Shown: in pieces, positions 47,401 through 60,700 of the stretch
Layout: every line of letters starts with the position of its first letter
Position numbering within the stretch: position 1 is the stretch's first letter
DNA from: Vicugna vicugna
Lineage: Eukaryota
NCBI GenBank assembly: GCA_013265495.1
Contig: MU058769.1
Location: 208,477-272,476, forward strand
Reading direction: 5' to 3'
Length of the DNA stretch: 64,000 nt
Translations under genes and position numbers: made by a program
The notes under the pieces: model-generated
Seen by the model: only the letters and a program-made list of their open reading frames with translations
Told to the model about the DNA's origin: nothing
Databases searched by the model: none

Positions 47401-50400
47401 AAAGGCCAGACAGCTGGTAAGTAGGGGATCCAGGCAGTTGTAATAAAAAACTAGAGGTGTTTCCAAAAACAGCACAAGATCCTCCTTGTGTTCACATCTC
47501 AGAATCCGAGGTATGGGGCCGGCGACCAGGACAAGAAAGGCGGGGCCGGCAGGAGGGATGAAGGAGGAGGGCAGTCTCTCACCTTGATACTCTCGTTGAT
47601 CCGAGTCACTATCCAGTTGAAAAGGCGGCTGTAGATGTTCTTAGCCAGAGCGTCGCGAGCGTACTGGGCCTGCAGGGCAGAGGCGGCTGGTCAGCGCAGC
47701 AGCCGTGGAGCACGCTCAGAAATCACCCCCCTCCCACAGGGCCCCTTACCTGGATGACGCTCAGTGCAGTGACCACCTTTTCTTTGGCTGTCTCCATGGT
47801 CCTTGAGCACAAAGCTCTCTCTAATTCTACTGAATTCAAACCCACCAATTCCCCAATCTCCTGAACACCTGGAGTGATGAGGAAACACAACACGGCCTAA
47901 GGGAGGGCTTTCTCCTAGGGGAAGGATGGAGGGAGGGAGGGAGGGCTGATAATTGATCCTGGGTCTTGTTGGGGAAGTCCTTGCAGCCAATTCAGGACAT
48001 GGCCCGGGAGAAATCTGGGGAGGAGGAGGAGAGAAGGGAGCTCTTGACTTATGGCGTGCATTATCAACTTTAATATGAGAATCTCCTGAAATAGGGGTAA
48101 TTGTTTCCATTTTTGCAAAGAATTCACTAAGACTCAGAAAGGTCCTAGAATCTAGGTCTACCAAATGTCAAAACTTCATCTCAGTATGCCTCAGAGGGAG
48201 TTCCAAATGGAGAAGAACTCATGAACGAGCAGAGGGGGACTGAATCAGAGTGAAGTCGACTACGCTGGAGCTGGTAGAAGAACAGAAATCGTAGCAGGAG
48301 ATTCAGGGAGCAGGTTGGGAGCTGGCTGGGCGCAGACCTCTGCCATCACGGATGCCGCTTGCTGGTACCCCATTGGCCTGGAACTCATCTGCCAATTCCA
48401 CATTCCCCAGCTTCAGCACCATGGCCGTCACCTCTAGCACCTGCCGGAACTCCTCCTCGGAGAACCCAATCACGATCATCGCACCCTTAGGAGAGAAAAG
48501 AAGTCCGAAGCTGAACTGTGGTGCCAGTCCAATGCCTTCCTTCTCAGAGCCAGAGCCTGGACTCCGGGCACGGCCTCAGGGCCCAGCCTGGGCACCCACC
48601 TGGAGGGCCTTGAAGTTAGAGGCGTCATCCATGCCATCTACCCTGGGCGCTTCCCGGTTCAGGTAGGTATAGCCACTCGAGTCCCGCTCAAGCTTCAAGG
48701 CCTCTGGGAGGGCCAGAGTGGGGGAAGAGGGTTAGTACACAGGCGCTCTCAAGTCCTCCAGCCTAGACCCTCACAGCCCTTGCCCTAGGTTGGCTCGTTC
48801 ATTTATTCAAAGGAGCCATTTTTGTTTTAAGTTCGGCCCCCGCCTCTTTTGTTTGGGACCTCTAATACCTAGGATGACAGACCACATCTTAAAGTGGTGT
48901 TTAAGGTTTGGGTGCTCATAATGGTTGAGATTTTCCTCAACTTTGATGAACGAAAAGCCTCATTCTACTCTTCTTCCCACCCTCAGGGTTCTTAACGATA
49001 AAAACAAATAAGCGAGCCTCCGTCCTCCTCAGGTCTCATGGCTCCGGAAGGACTAAGGTGAGGAAGGAAGATGAGCACGCATCCCCCCGACCCCAGCCTC
49101 AGCCCCTCACCCTCGGCTCAGGGTGGCGCATTCATTGCTCATCCACAGAGAACAGACACAGTGGCAGGTGCTACAGTCCCCAACCCTGACCCCCTTCTGG
49201 AAGGTCTTCTCTGGTGCTGTGGGGCTGAGCCCAGTGGCTTTCTTACGCTCTCCTACGGAGCATCTCTACCCTAGACCACATCACACGGGCTAGCCTTTGT
49301 TTTTTTCTGTCCCTCCTACAAATGAACACCTTGTGTTTCTCATCTTTGCATTCTGTGTGCCTAGCTGGCATGCAGGAACTTTTTTCTTTTTAAGAAATGA
49401 ATCGAGGGAATCAAAGCTGCTCCCCTGAGATGGGAAGGAGTGGGTTAATCATGGAGCTTGAGGGATGTCAGTTATCTGTTATTCAAATGACCTGAGAATC
49501 AGGGCCTGTCCCTTAAACTCCAGTTTGATGGCAGCTTCCCCTGAGGCATAAATTTTGAAACAAGAGCCTGCTAAAGAGGGGTTTCTGGATGGAGAATGAT
49601 TCCAAAAGGCCCTGGGATGATGACACCAGGGAGGCCCCACCCAGACTCAATATAAGCCAGCGGGTGACAGAATCAGCCAGAGCCAGACATTCGTGCTTGT
49701 GACTCAGACAGATTGAATGCCAGCAAGATTATTAAGCCAGGAGGGAGGGTGGGACCTGCGGGAACTCTTGAACCTTAGAAGGGAAGAGAAGATAGGCAAA
49801 AGTCTAACAAAAAATAACCAGAAACCAAAGGGACCACAGGTTCTTGGGGCCAGACACCCACAATGCCCACAGCTAGAGCTGGGGTTGGAAGTGGAACCCT
49901 CCAGCACTGGGTTTGACTGGCAAGGCCTTAAATTCCATCAGATCCTGCAGTATTGCCCACCCAGAGCCACGTCAGGCCCATCCAGCCTCCAGGTTGGGGT
50001 GGTGTCTCCCCCAGGACAAGGCAAGGCACTCCACGCCATCTGCTCCTATAGCCAGCTGCACAGGTCTACTGGCACTAACCACACTGTGTTGTGATGTTTC
50101 TGTCCACATACCTGCCATCCCCAGAAGACTGTAAATTCTTCAAGGACAAAGTCCATGTCTTAGTCAAACCTGTATCCTTAGAAGCTAGCACGACATTCAA
50201 TCACAGTAGGTGCTCAAGAGATGTTTGATGAATGAGCAAGTGGAACCTCCACAGAACCGTCTAATAAGAGCAAATCAGGGACAAGGCCCTGGGTGAGGCA
50301 GACATAGCCCCAGGACAACATCAACTAGAGCTCACTGAAACTTCCTGAAAACTCATAGCACCCTGCCTGATTTCCTGCTGAGCTATCCAATAAAGTCCCT

Positions 50401-52404
50401 TGAACTGAAGATAGGGAAGGATGGAAGACGGAAATAAGTATTCTATCTTTGAAGCCAGCTTGGGAAAAGAACCCAGGCAGGACAGAGGAATAAGAGCAAG
50501 GAAGAGGCAAGAAGGCTTATTCCTAGCAATAAAACCCCAGAAGAGGAAGAGAACACAGAGGTCAAGGGATCTGTTGCTAACAATGGGCGGATGAGGTTCA
50601 GGGAGAGGACTGAAGGAAGAGGGCTGCAGGGATCCAGAGGGCCCCGGGGTTCCGGGGGTTTCACGGAGGCTGAGATGTTCTGCCAGGGTCGGGGGCAGGC
50701 ACCTACTTAGCAGCTGAGCATCCGCTCCAGCCAGGAGCTGATAGAAGATGTGGAAGTTCCTTTCTCCTTCAAGCTGCTTCACCACTCGGGATTTCTCCAG
50801 CAGATCTGGCAGAGATTTCAAAAATAATGTTCTGAGGACCTGGGGGACAGCGTAGCTTCCCTCTAATCCTGCCTCGTCCCCGGTGTGTGCAGTGGCTGGG
50901 AAGGCTGGCAGTCTCACGTTCCTCCCGCCTACAGCAGCAGATGAGCAGAAAGGGGTGCCGTGGGGCAGATGGGAGAGGAGGTGAGTGGGATGGGGAGGCA
51001 CGTACAGTTTGTGATGTCACCACCGAGGGGGGATCCCTTGAAGTCAAACTCAATATCCATGTATTTGCCCTTCAGAGACCAGAGAGAGAGACTTTGCTTC
51101 CTCCTCGCCTCATCACCCTGTTCAGGAGGGATCTGTACCACGCTCCTCCCTCCCAAGCCCCCGCCCTCTCCTCCCAGGCCTGGAGACGTTCACTCACGAA
51201 TCTAGAGGAGTTGTTGTTGCGAATGGTCTTGGCATTGCCAAAAGCTGCAGAGACGAGGGGAGGGGAAGTGAGTTGGCTGAGGGGCGAAGAGGGACTCCAG
51301 GCAAGGGGAAGGGGGAAGGTCCTACAGTCCTCATGCCAATCTCAGATTTTTCAGGCTGAACGAGAACAGTGGTTTGGGGAACACGGGCGGTAGGGTGGGG
51401 TGGGGGTGTTGGGGGCAGAGCCTGGACTTCTTACCCTCCAGCACTGGGTTTGACTGAAGCAGTTGCTCCTTCACAGAGTTCACCTGCTCCCCTTTCCCAC
51501 AGACAGCCGCCACATAAGACATCACTAGCTTACTAGCCTCTGCAAGAGAAACCCTCACGTGGATCCCCACCAAGCCCTTAAACGCCCTCACTCCAGCACC
51601 TCACACCACTCGGAGTCAGAAGAACCGGGAAGGAAGCTCAGGAGGTGGGCTGAGGGCAGGACTGGGCCTGGCTTGGAAAGAGACCAGGGGGCAGTGCCAG
51701 CAGTGCCTCACCCGTCTTCCCGGCTCCACTTTCGCCCGTGATGAGGATACACTGGTCTCGGTCCTGGTCCCTCAGTGACTGGTATGCCACGTTTGCCAGT
51801 GCATAGCTTTCGGGGAGGAAGTGGGTGATGGCTACTGCGGGGCCAGTCCGGACACCATTTTTCACTGGGCCCCGAGCCCCAAGATTCATTCACACTCCCC
51901 ACTTGGACCAGACCCAGGCAAGCGACAGGCCTAGGAAGGGGCCTCCAGAGGACCAAGGGAAAAAGGGGAGCTGGAGAACCTTCTTCATGAGAAAAGAGAG
52001 GGGAAATGAGGGTGTCTCATCATAGCAAGCTGGGGCCTGTCACCTGCCCTTAGACCCACAACTCACATATGGGGCTTCAGCTCGTAGAAGGTATAGTCCC
52101 GGTACTTGGCAATGAACTCCGGGCCATAGATGGACAGCTCCTGGTAGGGATTCACTGAGACCAACACGTTCCCAATGTAGGTCTGGAGCCAGGGAAGGAG
52201 ATGAAGGGAGTGAGCAAGGGTGGGGGCTGGGGGAGGCACGTGAACTCCCTGGCCACACACCCACAGTCAGGGGCACCCCTATGCACTCACGTAAATCTCC
52301 TTGTTTTCATAGCGCAGTTGGAGGTTCTTGAGCAGAGACTCCTCCTCCAGGGGTTCTAGGAGTACAAGGTCCTCCACCCCAATGGAACTTTCCAGGAAAG
52401 CCAT
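35468..52404 (-). CDS. MYO1A: Unconventional myosin-Ia (brush border myosin I), 1043 aa, 27 coding exons: 52291-52404, 52067-52182, 51712-51806, 51435-51539, 51198-51244, 51006-51069, 50707-50805, 48600-48703, 48338-48485, 47750-47868, 47583-47669, 46172-46237, 45925-46029, 44596-44658, 44192-44392, 43793-44019, 43240-43440, 42883-42976, 42279-42428, 42100-42168, 41568-41642, 37750-37884, 36897-37003, 36407-36539, 36140-36292, 35865-35992, 35468-35594
   Basis: Exons sum to 3132 nt with no stops, all GT-AG. Motifs: P-loop GESGAGKT, switch I NNNSSRF, switch II DIYGFE, IQ motifs ([24 protein letters not shown]), TH1 tail ending CLEVTVQ*. Confidence 0.97.
36649..36830. mobile_element. MER5A-like DNA transposon
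   Basis: Terminal inverted repeats cagtggttctc...agagccactg; internal cttgttagaaaggcaaattcttaggccccacc. Confidence 0.8.
37315..37640 (+). mobile_element. L1MB-like 3' end
   Basis: aagtgaaatgagccagacacaaaaggacaaat...catagagacagaaagtaga...aaatggttaaaatggtaaattttatgtt. Confidence 0.85.
38560..39560. mobile_element. Cluster of old L2 and L1M fragments in MYO1A intron
   Basis: L2-like agaccatgaagggccttgtaggctgtggtaaggac...ggcttttatt; L1M-like ggacattctcctacacaatcacaat...ccaagaaaattagcatt. Confidence 0.6.
40070..40290 (+). mobile_element. MIR SINE relic
   Basis: cagtggttaa...ctcagctctaccatttatcagctgtg...caagttattcaacctctgtgggccttagttt. Confidence 0.75.
46725..47300 (-). mobile_element. L1MB-like 3' region, flanked by MIR fragments (~46500-46680 and ~47300-47440)
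   Basis: tttaccctttaaaggtatacaattca...atttcatataaatggaatc...ttatccatttatcagcagatgaacatttgggttgtttccactttttggctatt. Confidence 0.85.
50070..50240 (+). mobile_element. L2 3' end relic
   Basis: agactgtaaattcttcaaggaca...cacagtaggtgctcaagagatgtttgatgaatga. Confidence 0.7.
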
Positions 52405-55400
52405 GTCCATAGGAGCTACTGATCCTGGAATTAGTTTGTTGATGTCTGCTCAGCTTTAGGGGTAACTGTTGGCAGGGAGGAAGGCAGAAGGATCTAAGAG
52501 AACCTTTATCTCCCCCAAGTCTGGGCCCTATAGAGAACCCCCAGCCTGGGAGAGGCCTCCAGACCAGCCCAGGCTAACTGCGGGAGGCTACAGAAACTCT
52601 CCACCGCGGGCAGGCGGGGGAGTCCTCTGCTCCCTGATTAGGGTTGGTGGGGGTGGAGCATGGGTGGGACAGGACCTCCTGCCTCCGACCACCAGGGTAG
52701 AGGAGGCACCCAGCAGGCAGTGACTAGGGGAGCATTCCTGTGCTTGCAGGAGAGGGGGATGGGGGAGGAGAGCGAAAGTAAGCTTCATGCCACAGCCAGG
52801 CACCGAAAGCTCCCTCCTCCTGCACTGAGGCCTGGCTGGGGTCCAGACTCCCTGACTACTTGTCCCCAGTTCTCCTCCTCAACTTCCAACCTCTCACTGC
52901 CCGTTTCAGTCACCTAATCCAGCATACCCATTTCAAAAGTTCTTCCAAAGTCTTTCCTCCTTTCTCGTTGTTACAGTGAGATTCATTTTTGAATGGGGAC
53001 TGGACAAGGTGATGAGCTAGAGGACAGAGGCGGGCGTTCCTCCATAGAATGTTGGAATATCCCAAAAGAAAATGAAAATGAGGTTTGTTTCCCCAACAAG
53101 CAAGTAGCTGTCAGGACCTCTATACTTCTGTCCCTATTTCTCTATTTCCAGCTTTTACACCCATGCCTATAACCTTCTGGCAAGGACTTTGCCCCAGGGG
53201 GACACACCCAGCTTTTCAGTGGCAGGTGGGAATGGGTGAGGAGGAGCAGAATTAGGGGGGCAGGAAACACTGTGGGGCTAAGCCCCCACGCAGCCGGCAC
53301 GTGACAGGTGCTCCCTGAGGAGGAAGCCCAGCCCTCCTCGGCTCCCCTGTGGGACTGAGCAGGCAGGGTCACCTGGTGTAGGACAGAACTGTTAGTACAA
53401 TGGTCAGTGCCACTCCCTAGCAGGAATAAAAGAGCCACATCCTCCTCTCCTGCGCAGAACCTGAGTGGGGGAAGGGAGGGAAGCAGAAGAGAAAGCGGAG
53501 CAAGGGCCCACAGGCTACCTTCTCCCTTCACTCTGCCTTCTCCAAGCTCCAGGAAACGAGAGCCCTCATCACTTCCTGTAAGCGCACAGCTGAGGGAGCC
53601 GTAAGAGCACTAATAGCAGTCTCCTGCAAACCACAGAAGTCACAGGAGTAGCTGCTGCGGGCAGGCAGGCTCTCAACACTTTACACACACTAGTTAATTT
53701 CATGCTCACACTATCCCCATGAAGTAGATACTACTATCATCCCACATTTTCCAGATTTTAAACAAACAAACAAAGTTATTTTTAAATAATTTGACAGGAA
53801 AGGGTGAGAAGCAGAAGCAGGGGGCTTGGAGAAGGCATATTCTTTGGATTTAGACTTGAGGGGAATGGGATTGGCTGGAGGTGGGGAAGGGGAGAAAAAA
53901 CAGCCCCCGCACGGGGCACCCAAAACTGTGAAAAGAGGAGCAGAGGCGGGTCAAGGCAGGACTCACCCAACACTGGAACTAGGGTGTAACTTCAGTGTCC
54001 CTTGGAGAACGGTGGATGAAATCCAAATTTGACAGGAAGGCAGCATAAGGAGTCCCAGGCCCCAAGGGTGAGAGGTGTCCTTGTTAACAGGAGCTGTCCA
54101 TGGTGTTGGGGAAGAGAGGGAAGAGACTGCCCTCCTCTTGACAGTGTCCAGGCTTCTGACCTTCCTCTGTGCTGCCTCCTCCAGCCAGGGCTCCCTGTAC
54201 CAGTCAAGCCAGGAGAGGCCAGTGACAGCTGCTCAGCACAAAGTCCGAGGCTGTTCCCGCTGAGGGTGTGGCTCACTTAACCCTTCAAAGGCCTGAAGCC
54301 CCAAAAGGGAGATGCTCAGTTACACGAGAAAGCTCCCTCTAGGTAGGAAAGTGCATCTGGCTGGACTTAGCCGAGGGGTTCAAAAAGAGCTCTTGCTCCA
54401 CTGCCCCCAAAATTTGGAAACGAGAGTAGAAGGAGCAGACTTTATAGCCAAGGAAAAGCTTCTTCAAGAAGTCAGGAACTTTGCCAAGGAGGAAGGTAGG
54501 CTGGGGTGTCTTTCAAGCAAAAAATAGTACCTCCCTCAAACCTACCCTTCTTATCTTTTTGGGAGTCAGAGGGTCTTAATGACATTACTTGGGAGAACTA
54601 AGCGGACAAAACCCTGAAATTTCCATTTCCCTCCCTCCATGAATCAGACCCCACCATACAGATCCCGAGTTAGTGGTAACTCCTGACATTTGTTTCATTC
54701 GTTTTCATAGAACTCCCACCTGTACCATCTCACTGGATCACACCACCCCGTGAGGTAGGCAGTGCAGACTCACTCCATTAAAAAGGAAAATTAGAAGCAA
54801 GCACTGAGGTTCAGAGTGGTGACACAACGAGCCCATAGTTCCACAGACAGTACGTGACAGAACCAAAAACAAAATGCAGCTTCCTGCTCCTAAGTCAGCC
54901 CAAGGTTCCAGCCCAAGTCCTAGTATCTCTCAGGTTAATCCTTCTTCTGTGCTAAAAAACTGAGTAAGACCCTAGGCTGCTGTTTCCTGGGCACTAGCCC
55001 AGCTGGAAATAGTTGCCTCTGATAGATAAGAAGCTTATAAAATTCTATTTTCCAGGGGACCCCCTCAACCACCCAGGGAAATTCCTAAAGAGCAGGCTCC
55101 CTCTTCCCAGCATCCTCCCTCCAAGGTATGCACAAAGAGCAAATCAGGTCATTACAAACACTTAGCTGAAGGCAGACTTGATCGTCCAACTCCCAGCCAC
55201 AGCTGCTTGGTTCAAGGTCCAAACTCTACTGCTCTCGCAGAAGCACTCTGCATAAGCCTGGCCCATCAGCAGTTCCATTACCAACCTGCCCTTACATAAT
55301 TTATTGATCGACTATATGTATTTGAAGGGGGGAAGGGCAAGGAAAAGGCGGGGGGAAGCTGAGTGGAAGTGCCATCAGCATACAATCCCACGTACAGGAA

Positions 55401-55703
55401 GAGCAGCACCACAGCGTCAGAGGCAGAAATGACTGAAGACCCCTTACTCTGCAGTGGAGGGAACAGACCTGGAGTGAGAAACCACTTTCTCAGGATCACA
55501 CCACTGCAGACCTGGCAGAGCTGGGACCAGCACCCAGGTCTCCTGTTTTCCAGGCCAGGAATCTGCAGCTGCCTACGACTGGGGTTGTATCTGTGTCCAC
55601 TCGTTCTCATTTACTGAGTGCCTACTGTGTGCTCACATGAGAGAAGTGACTCTAAAATGGGACGGCGACCTCAAGCTTAGGAACAGTGGCATGAACATCA
55701 CAG

Positions 55704-55818
55704 CTGGGGGCCAAGTGTCCTGGTTTGTCTGAGACCGGAGGTGGGTTCTCTGGACGTGGGAATTGGAGTGCTGAAACTAGGAAAGTTCCGGGCAAACTGG
55801 GATGAACGGATCACTCTA
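55704..55818. mobile_element. MER81-like hAT MITE
   Basis: Palindromic arms tgtcctggtttgtctgagac...gttccgggcaaactgggatga. Family name recalled. Confidence 0.7.
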
Positions 55819-56192
55819 CATTAACAAGATACAAAATATACATCCAGCTCAGCTGGGATTTCAAGACCTGTCAAGAGCGTTCCCAGGCTTGGCGGGAGGC
55901 ACGGGGGACTCAGGATGTGATCTCCTGCTTCCCAGGCAACACGGAAGCAGCTGGAGCTCACTGGTCTCCCTCCAGCCTGAGGGCCGCTCCCTTCTCCCAT
56001 TAAGATTTCTAGTCTGTGTAATGGGCACGAGGGAAATCTTCGGGGGTGACGGAAATGTTCTGTGTTCTGACTGTGGTGGTGGTTTCACAACTGTCTGTAT
56101 TTGTCAAAACTCAGCAAAATTTAAAACTGGTGAATTTTACTGTATTGTATAATTTAAAAATTATACTACAATAAATCTGGTGAAGAACTCGA

Positions 56193-56214
56193 AGCAGCAG
56201 CAGCAGCAGCAGCA
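56193..56214. repeat. (AGC)7 trinucleotide repeat
   Basis: agcagcagcagcagcagcagca directly after an L1M fragment. Confidence 0.9.
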
Positions 56215-56451
56215 ATTCTAAACCTTTTAGTGCTAGTTTCTGCGAGTTGGGAGGGCTGCAATCTGCCCTCGCACTCATCGGTCCAATACACTCATTAGTC
56301 CTCCCAGGACTTTCTATTCACTTTCAAAAAGATGTTTCACGATAAAAACACGGAAGTTTTCAGGTACAGTGGAGAAGATATTTGGTGGTAGAAGATCTTT
56401 CTGACTCTCACAAATTATCTGGTGTCCATCAGTAGCAACACTGATCAAGCC

Positions 56452-56675
56452 CAGCTGACCCTTGAACAACGTGGGTTTGAACTCCCTGGTCCATTTATAT
56501 TCAGATGTTTCAAAAAATACATACCGCCGCTACACGACCTGGGGGTGGCTGAATCTGCAGGTGCAGAACTGCACCTGCAGGGGGGCTCCAACTGTAAAGT
56601 TACAGGCAGATCTACTGCATGGAGGGTCGGCACCCCTAACCCTTTCCACCCCGGCATTGTTTAAAGAGTCAGCTG
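56452..56675. mobile_element. Tigger2-type non-autonomous DNA transposon
   Basis: TIRs cagctgacccttgaacaa...ttgtttaaagagtcagctg followed by TA. Confidence 0.8.
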
Positions 56676-56704
56676 TACTTATTATGTGCCAGGCAACAAC
56701 TTTA

Positions 56705-56868
56705 ATACTATTCAAAGTGAAGTCCACAGACCAGCAGCATCTGACTCACCTGGGAGCTTATGAGAAATGCAGAACTTGGCCCCAACCCAGACTTCCTAAA
56801 TCAGAAATCTGCATTTTAACAAGCACCCCAGATGATGTCCATGCATGTTAAAGTTTGAGAAGAAATGC
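56705..56868. mobile_element. MER5A-like DNA transposon
   Basis: agaccagcagcat...cacctgggagcttatgagaaatgcagaa...aatctgcattttaacaag...aaagtttgagaa. Confidence 0.8.
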
Positions 56869-57750
56869 TTTACACACCTTACCTTTTTTTTTTATCCTCA
56901 CCAAAACTCTATGATGTTGCAAATCTGACAATTGTGCTTTAAGTTTTTATTAATTCAACCATGGGTGATCATCTAATACCTCTTATTTACCTAGCTTGGT
57001 CATAGAAGGGAGAGAAGAAAGGATGTCATTAGTGAGCGTTAATCTACATAAATTTGCATATGATCCACATCCTGTTCTCTTCCTATTTCACCAAATGTCT
57101 TTGAAAAATGGACAATGGATTTCCAAGTAGTCTAAATAACCGAGAAGCGAGGAGACAGGTACAGAATTAATGCAAGTGCTATGTCAGATTCCCAGAGCAA
57201 AGAAAATAGCCAAAACATAAAAAGGTTCCAAATTCCCTACTGCAAAAGCTGAGCCCAGGCATAACTGAAGTTTTTATTCCATGGCCCCTAACACTCGCTA
57301 CAGCCCTGCTCCCTTTCACCCTACATTTTCTTGGCAGGCATCTCAGAGCTGGATCACAGGTCTTCCCTCATCCCAATGGAGAAACAAAAGAGATACTTTA
57401 GGTCATTAGAAAAAAAAGAAAAGAAAAGAAAAGAACTAAAGTACAGAGCAGCTCCCTACAGCAGGAATAAACTATACCTTGCTTTTCTATGAGACAGCAC
57501 AGCGGTCCAGCCCACTGCTTCTGCAAAGCTACCGCAAAATCATCTAGTCCGAGGATGGAAAGAGATCAAGACAGACCCAGGATGGGGAGAAGTGGTTAAA
57601 AAAAAGAAAAAGGAAAATAAATGGCATGCAAAACCATCTCATTAGAAAAATGAAACAGAGGAGCTAATTGCTGATTTCCTGAAAACAAGAGATCCAAACA
57701 AGAAAAGTGTATATGTTCATTAAGAGAAACCACTCTATCGTCTATAAAAC

Positions 57751-57756
57751 TTTATT
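57751..57756 (-). terminator. NEMP1: NEMP1 polyadenylation signal, implying a ~4.3 kb 3'UTR
   Basis: AATAAA on the minus strand with two TGTA motifs just upstream. A second AATAAA is at 57819-57824. Confidence 0.65.
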
Positions 57757-60700
57757 AAAATTGGGATTACTTACAAACTTGTACAATAAAAATGAAAAAA
57801 TATATATAATAAGACATTTTTATTTGTTTCTTACAGAAAAGAGTGAAAATGAGACCCATGGCTAAGTCATCCCTGATCATTTTGTTCCTTTCAAACATTC
57901 ATGACACTTATTTTAAATATAAATGATAAATCTTTTAAAATAACACTAAGGCATTACCCACAGGCTAAAACTGACCCAGTAATTCCTTACCCCTGCTACT
58001 TCACCCTCAATTCTAGAAACATGGTAGACTGAGGCAATCGCAGGCTAACAGTTCTGATACTCACATTATGAGCTATTATGTCAACAAGATAAGAATGCTG
58101 CCCATGCTGTAGAAAATTTCAGAGAAGGTGACTTCACCATTTTCAAGTTATTGTTATGAGTGTGAAAAGGAAGATGACACACATGGGTGGGTGGTATAGG
58201 AGCCAAAAGCCCCAAATTTGGGAGGCTTTGTGCCATTTCCATCCCCATTAAAGCTGTGCGTTGACACTGGCATGAAATCTGCTTTGTTTATTCCCGGCAG
58301 GCTCTGGCTCCCATCACATAAGGCACCAAACTCCCTTTTCAAGGTAGTAACCATGTGGAATCCAACTCAACAGCAACTGAATCCGTAAGCTAAGTTACCA
58401 AGAGACACCGCTGGATCACAATTGCATAGGTTTCCCTAAAAAATAATTTCTGCTACATCAAAACATAAACCAAAGGTTTTAGGTGCATCTGCCTTGTGCA
58501 ATGGCTATTTTATGTTTATTACTTGGTTTCAGTGCCTATGTAACATGAAGGTATAATAAATCTGTCAAACTGTCCTCTCCTTGGTTCAGATAAAGTTCTT
58601 GGCATTTCAATATAGGTTATTATCTCATATGTCAGGCCTCAGTCTAAAGGAATACTAGAAGGACATTTAATTTCCTTTCCTCCTACTTCAACTTTCACTC
58701 TCAATTCAGAGAGAAGTTATGAGTACATAGCTAGGAACCATTTTACGCAGGCATCCATCTGAGCCCATCTTTTTTTCTGGAACAACAAAAAGATTGAGGG
58801 CAATTGCATAATCCACCCCCAAGCCTTTTATGGCTATCAGGGCCTGGGGGAGCTATCTGGCCTATCTGGGTCCTTTCAGTCATCAAATCTCTACCGTGTA
58901 TGCCGAGTGGGGACTGCGCTGAAGAGAGGGCTAGCCCTAGGAGGGGACACATTAGCACAAAATGGAACACTGGGACTCCAAGTCTGTCTGCAGCAAAATC
59001 CTGTAACAGACCTAAAAGTCATGAATTTGGGGGGAGAAATAAACTAGCTTTGGTAGGATGAAGTGGCTGATAGGAATTTCTTATTAGAAGATATTAAAGT
59101 TGCAAAACTTTTCTTATTTTCAGTCATTGGTTCCATCGGTCTTGTGGAAGCAATGTGAGTGGGAAAGTGAAGGGGAAATGTTCTAGGCCGGTTGGCTCTT
59201 GTACTCCCATTAAGGGGAGTCATACTGTACACAGCTCAGGCAGACCGATTAGAGGCAATAGATTTCCAATGCTGATGAGACCCTGAGCCCTAGCGTCCAT
59301 TTACAGCTTGGTATTTGCCGAGCAAGACGCTGACGTGGCAGCAGACGTGGCTCCAATGTCCAGCTCACTCCACAGTTACCCCTTCAGTCCTTCTTGATGA
59401 GATCGGTCTGAGAGATGAGACTATGCTGAAATTGCAAGAGCTGTAACTGCCAGAGAAAATTAAATGGGGGCTTCAAGTAGTGACTGAGCCAGCAGACTAA
59501 GTGGCCAAGAGGGAGACAAGAGCAGCTCCCAAACAAGGTTTATGGAGTCGAGCAATCTCCGGGCACACAGAGGCCCGGAAGCATCTGGGGCAGAGCCACA
59601 CAGGCAGGCAGGGCAAGGACACAGCACATCAGAGGCACCGTCCTTCACTGCCTGAGAGCGGCTCTCATGGTGAGGGACCCGTTGTCGTCGCCACTGCCTA
59701 CAGCCCAGTTCTCCAACTACCAGACAGGGAGTAATAAACTGAGTGTGATTCTACTCACCCCAAATTCAAACACAGTGAAAAAACTAGTCTTGAGATGGAA
59801 ACTGTAGCACATAAAGAGTTTACTAAAGAGAAAAAGAGGAGAATCTTTCTCTACTTCACGATGCTTTCTCACTGAAGCACAGATACGAGTCAGGATAATG
59901 AAAAAGAATTTGAAGAAGAATATATATAGAGACGAAAGACATGAGTCAGGAAGTCACCCTGGAGGCAACCGACAATGACCCTAAGTAGGTATGTGGAGAA
60001 AGGCACCAAAGTCTTCAGGAAATCCTGAGACCACTTGTACAGCCGAATTATTTTTTTAAATCAAATTATGCTCAAAGATGCTAGGTCTTCATTTCTATAA
60101 ATGAGGCAAAAAAATAATAAATTTCAGAGGCCTTAACATTTCTTTGTAGAGGGGTAACATTTTACCATGAACATAATTCAAAAGGTATAAAGGTTTCCCA
60201 ATATAAAGCAACTTTAACCCATTGCATCTGCCCAAATACTGCTTATTTTTCACTTTCTGCTGTATATCTATTTGCTGCCAATTGAGGTAGTTGTCTGTTT
60301 AGGACAGCTTAAAGCTGTGGAAAACACTGGCAGAAAAAAAAATCAACTGGCCACCTGGAGGGGAGTCTCAGTGCTCACATTTTGGAAGTTAGTGACAAAG
60401 CCCAAGGCCTTTCAAAATTATCTGCTAAATGGCTGGTCAGAAGGAGACATTACAGCTTTTTAAAAATCATCTGCCATCTCCGTGATCACAGTGAGCCAGC
60501 CAGTCCGATGCCATGCTCCCTGCCATCAGTGTCCACCTTCCTGGCTAAAGTAACTATAGCTTTCTCCAGCGTACGAGGGTGAAGATCACAAAGGCAGAAC
60601 TGAGCAAGCAGCAGAGACTTGGGAGTTTGCTCCCTCATAAACGGCGCTGCTGGTTTATAAGGGTGCTTTCCAGCGCCAAGAGAATGTGAAACCAGTGCCA

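Noticed and set aside
35468..52404. Possible MYO1A pseudogenisation, suggested by fragmentary ORFs
   Set aside because: All 27 coding exons were found with intact frame and GT-AG sites, totalling 3132 nt.
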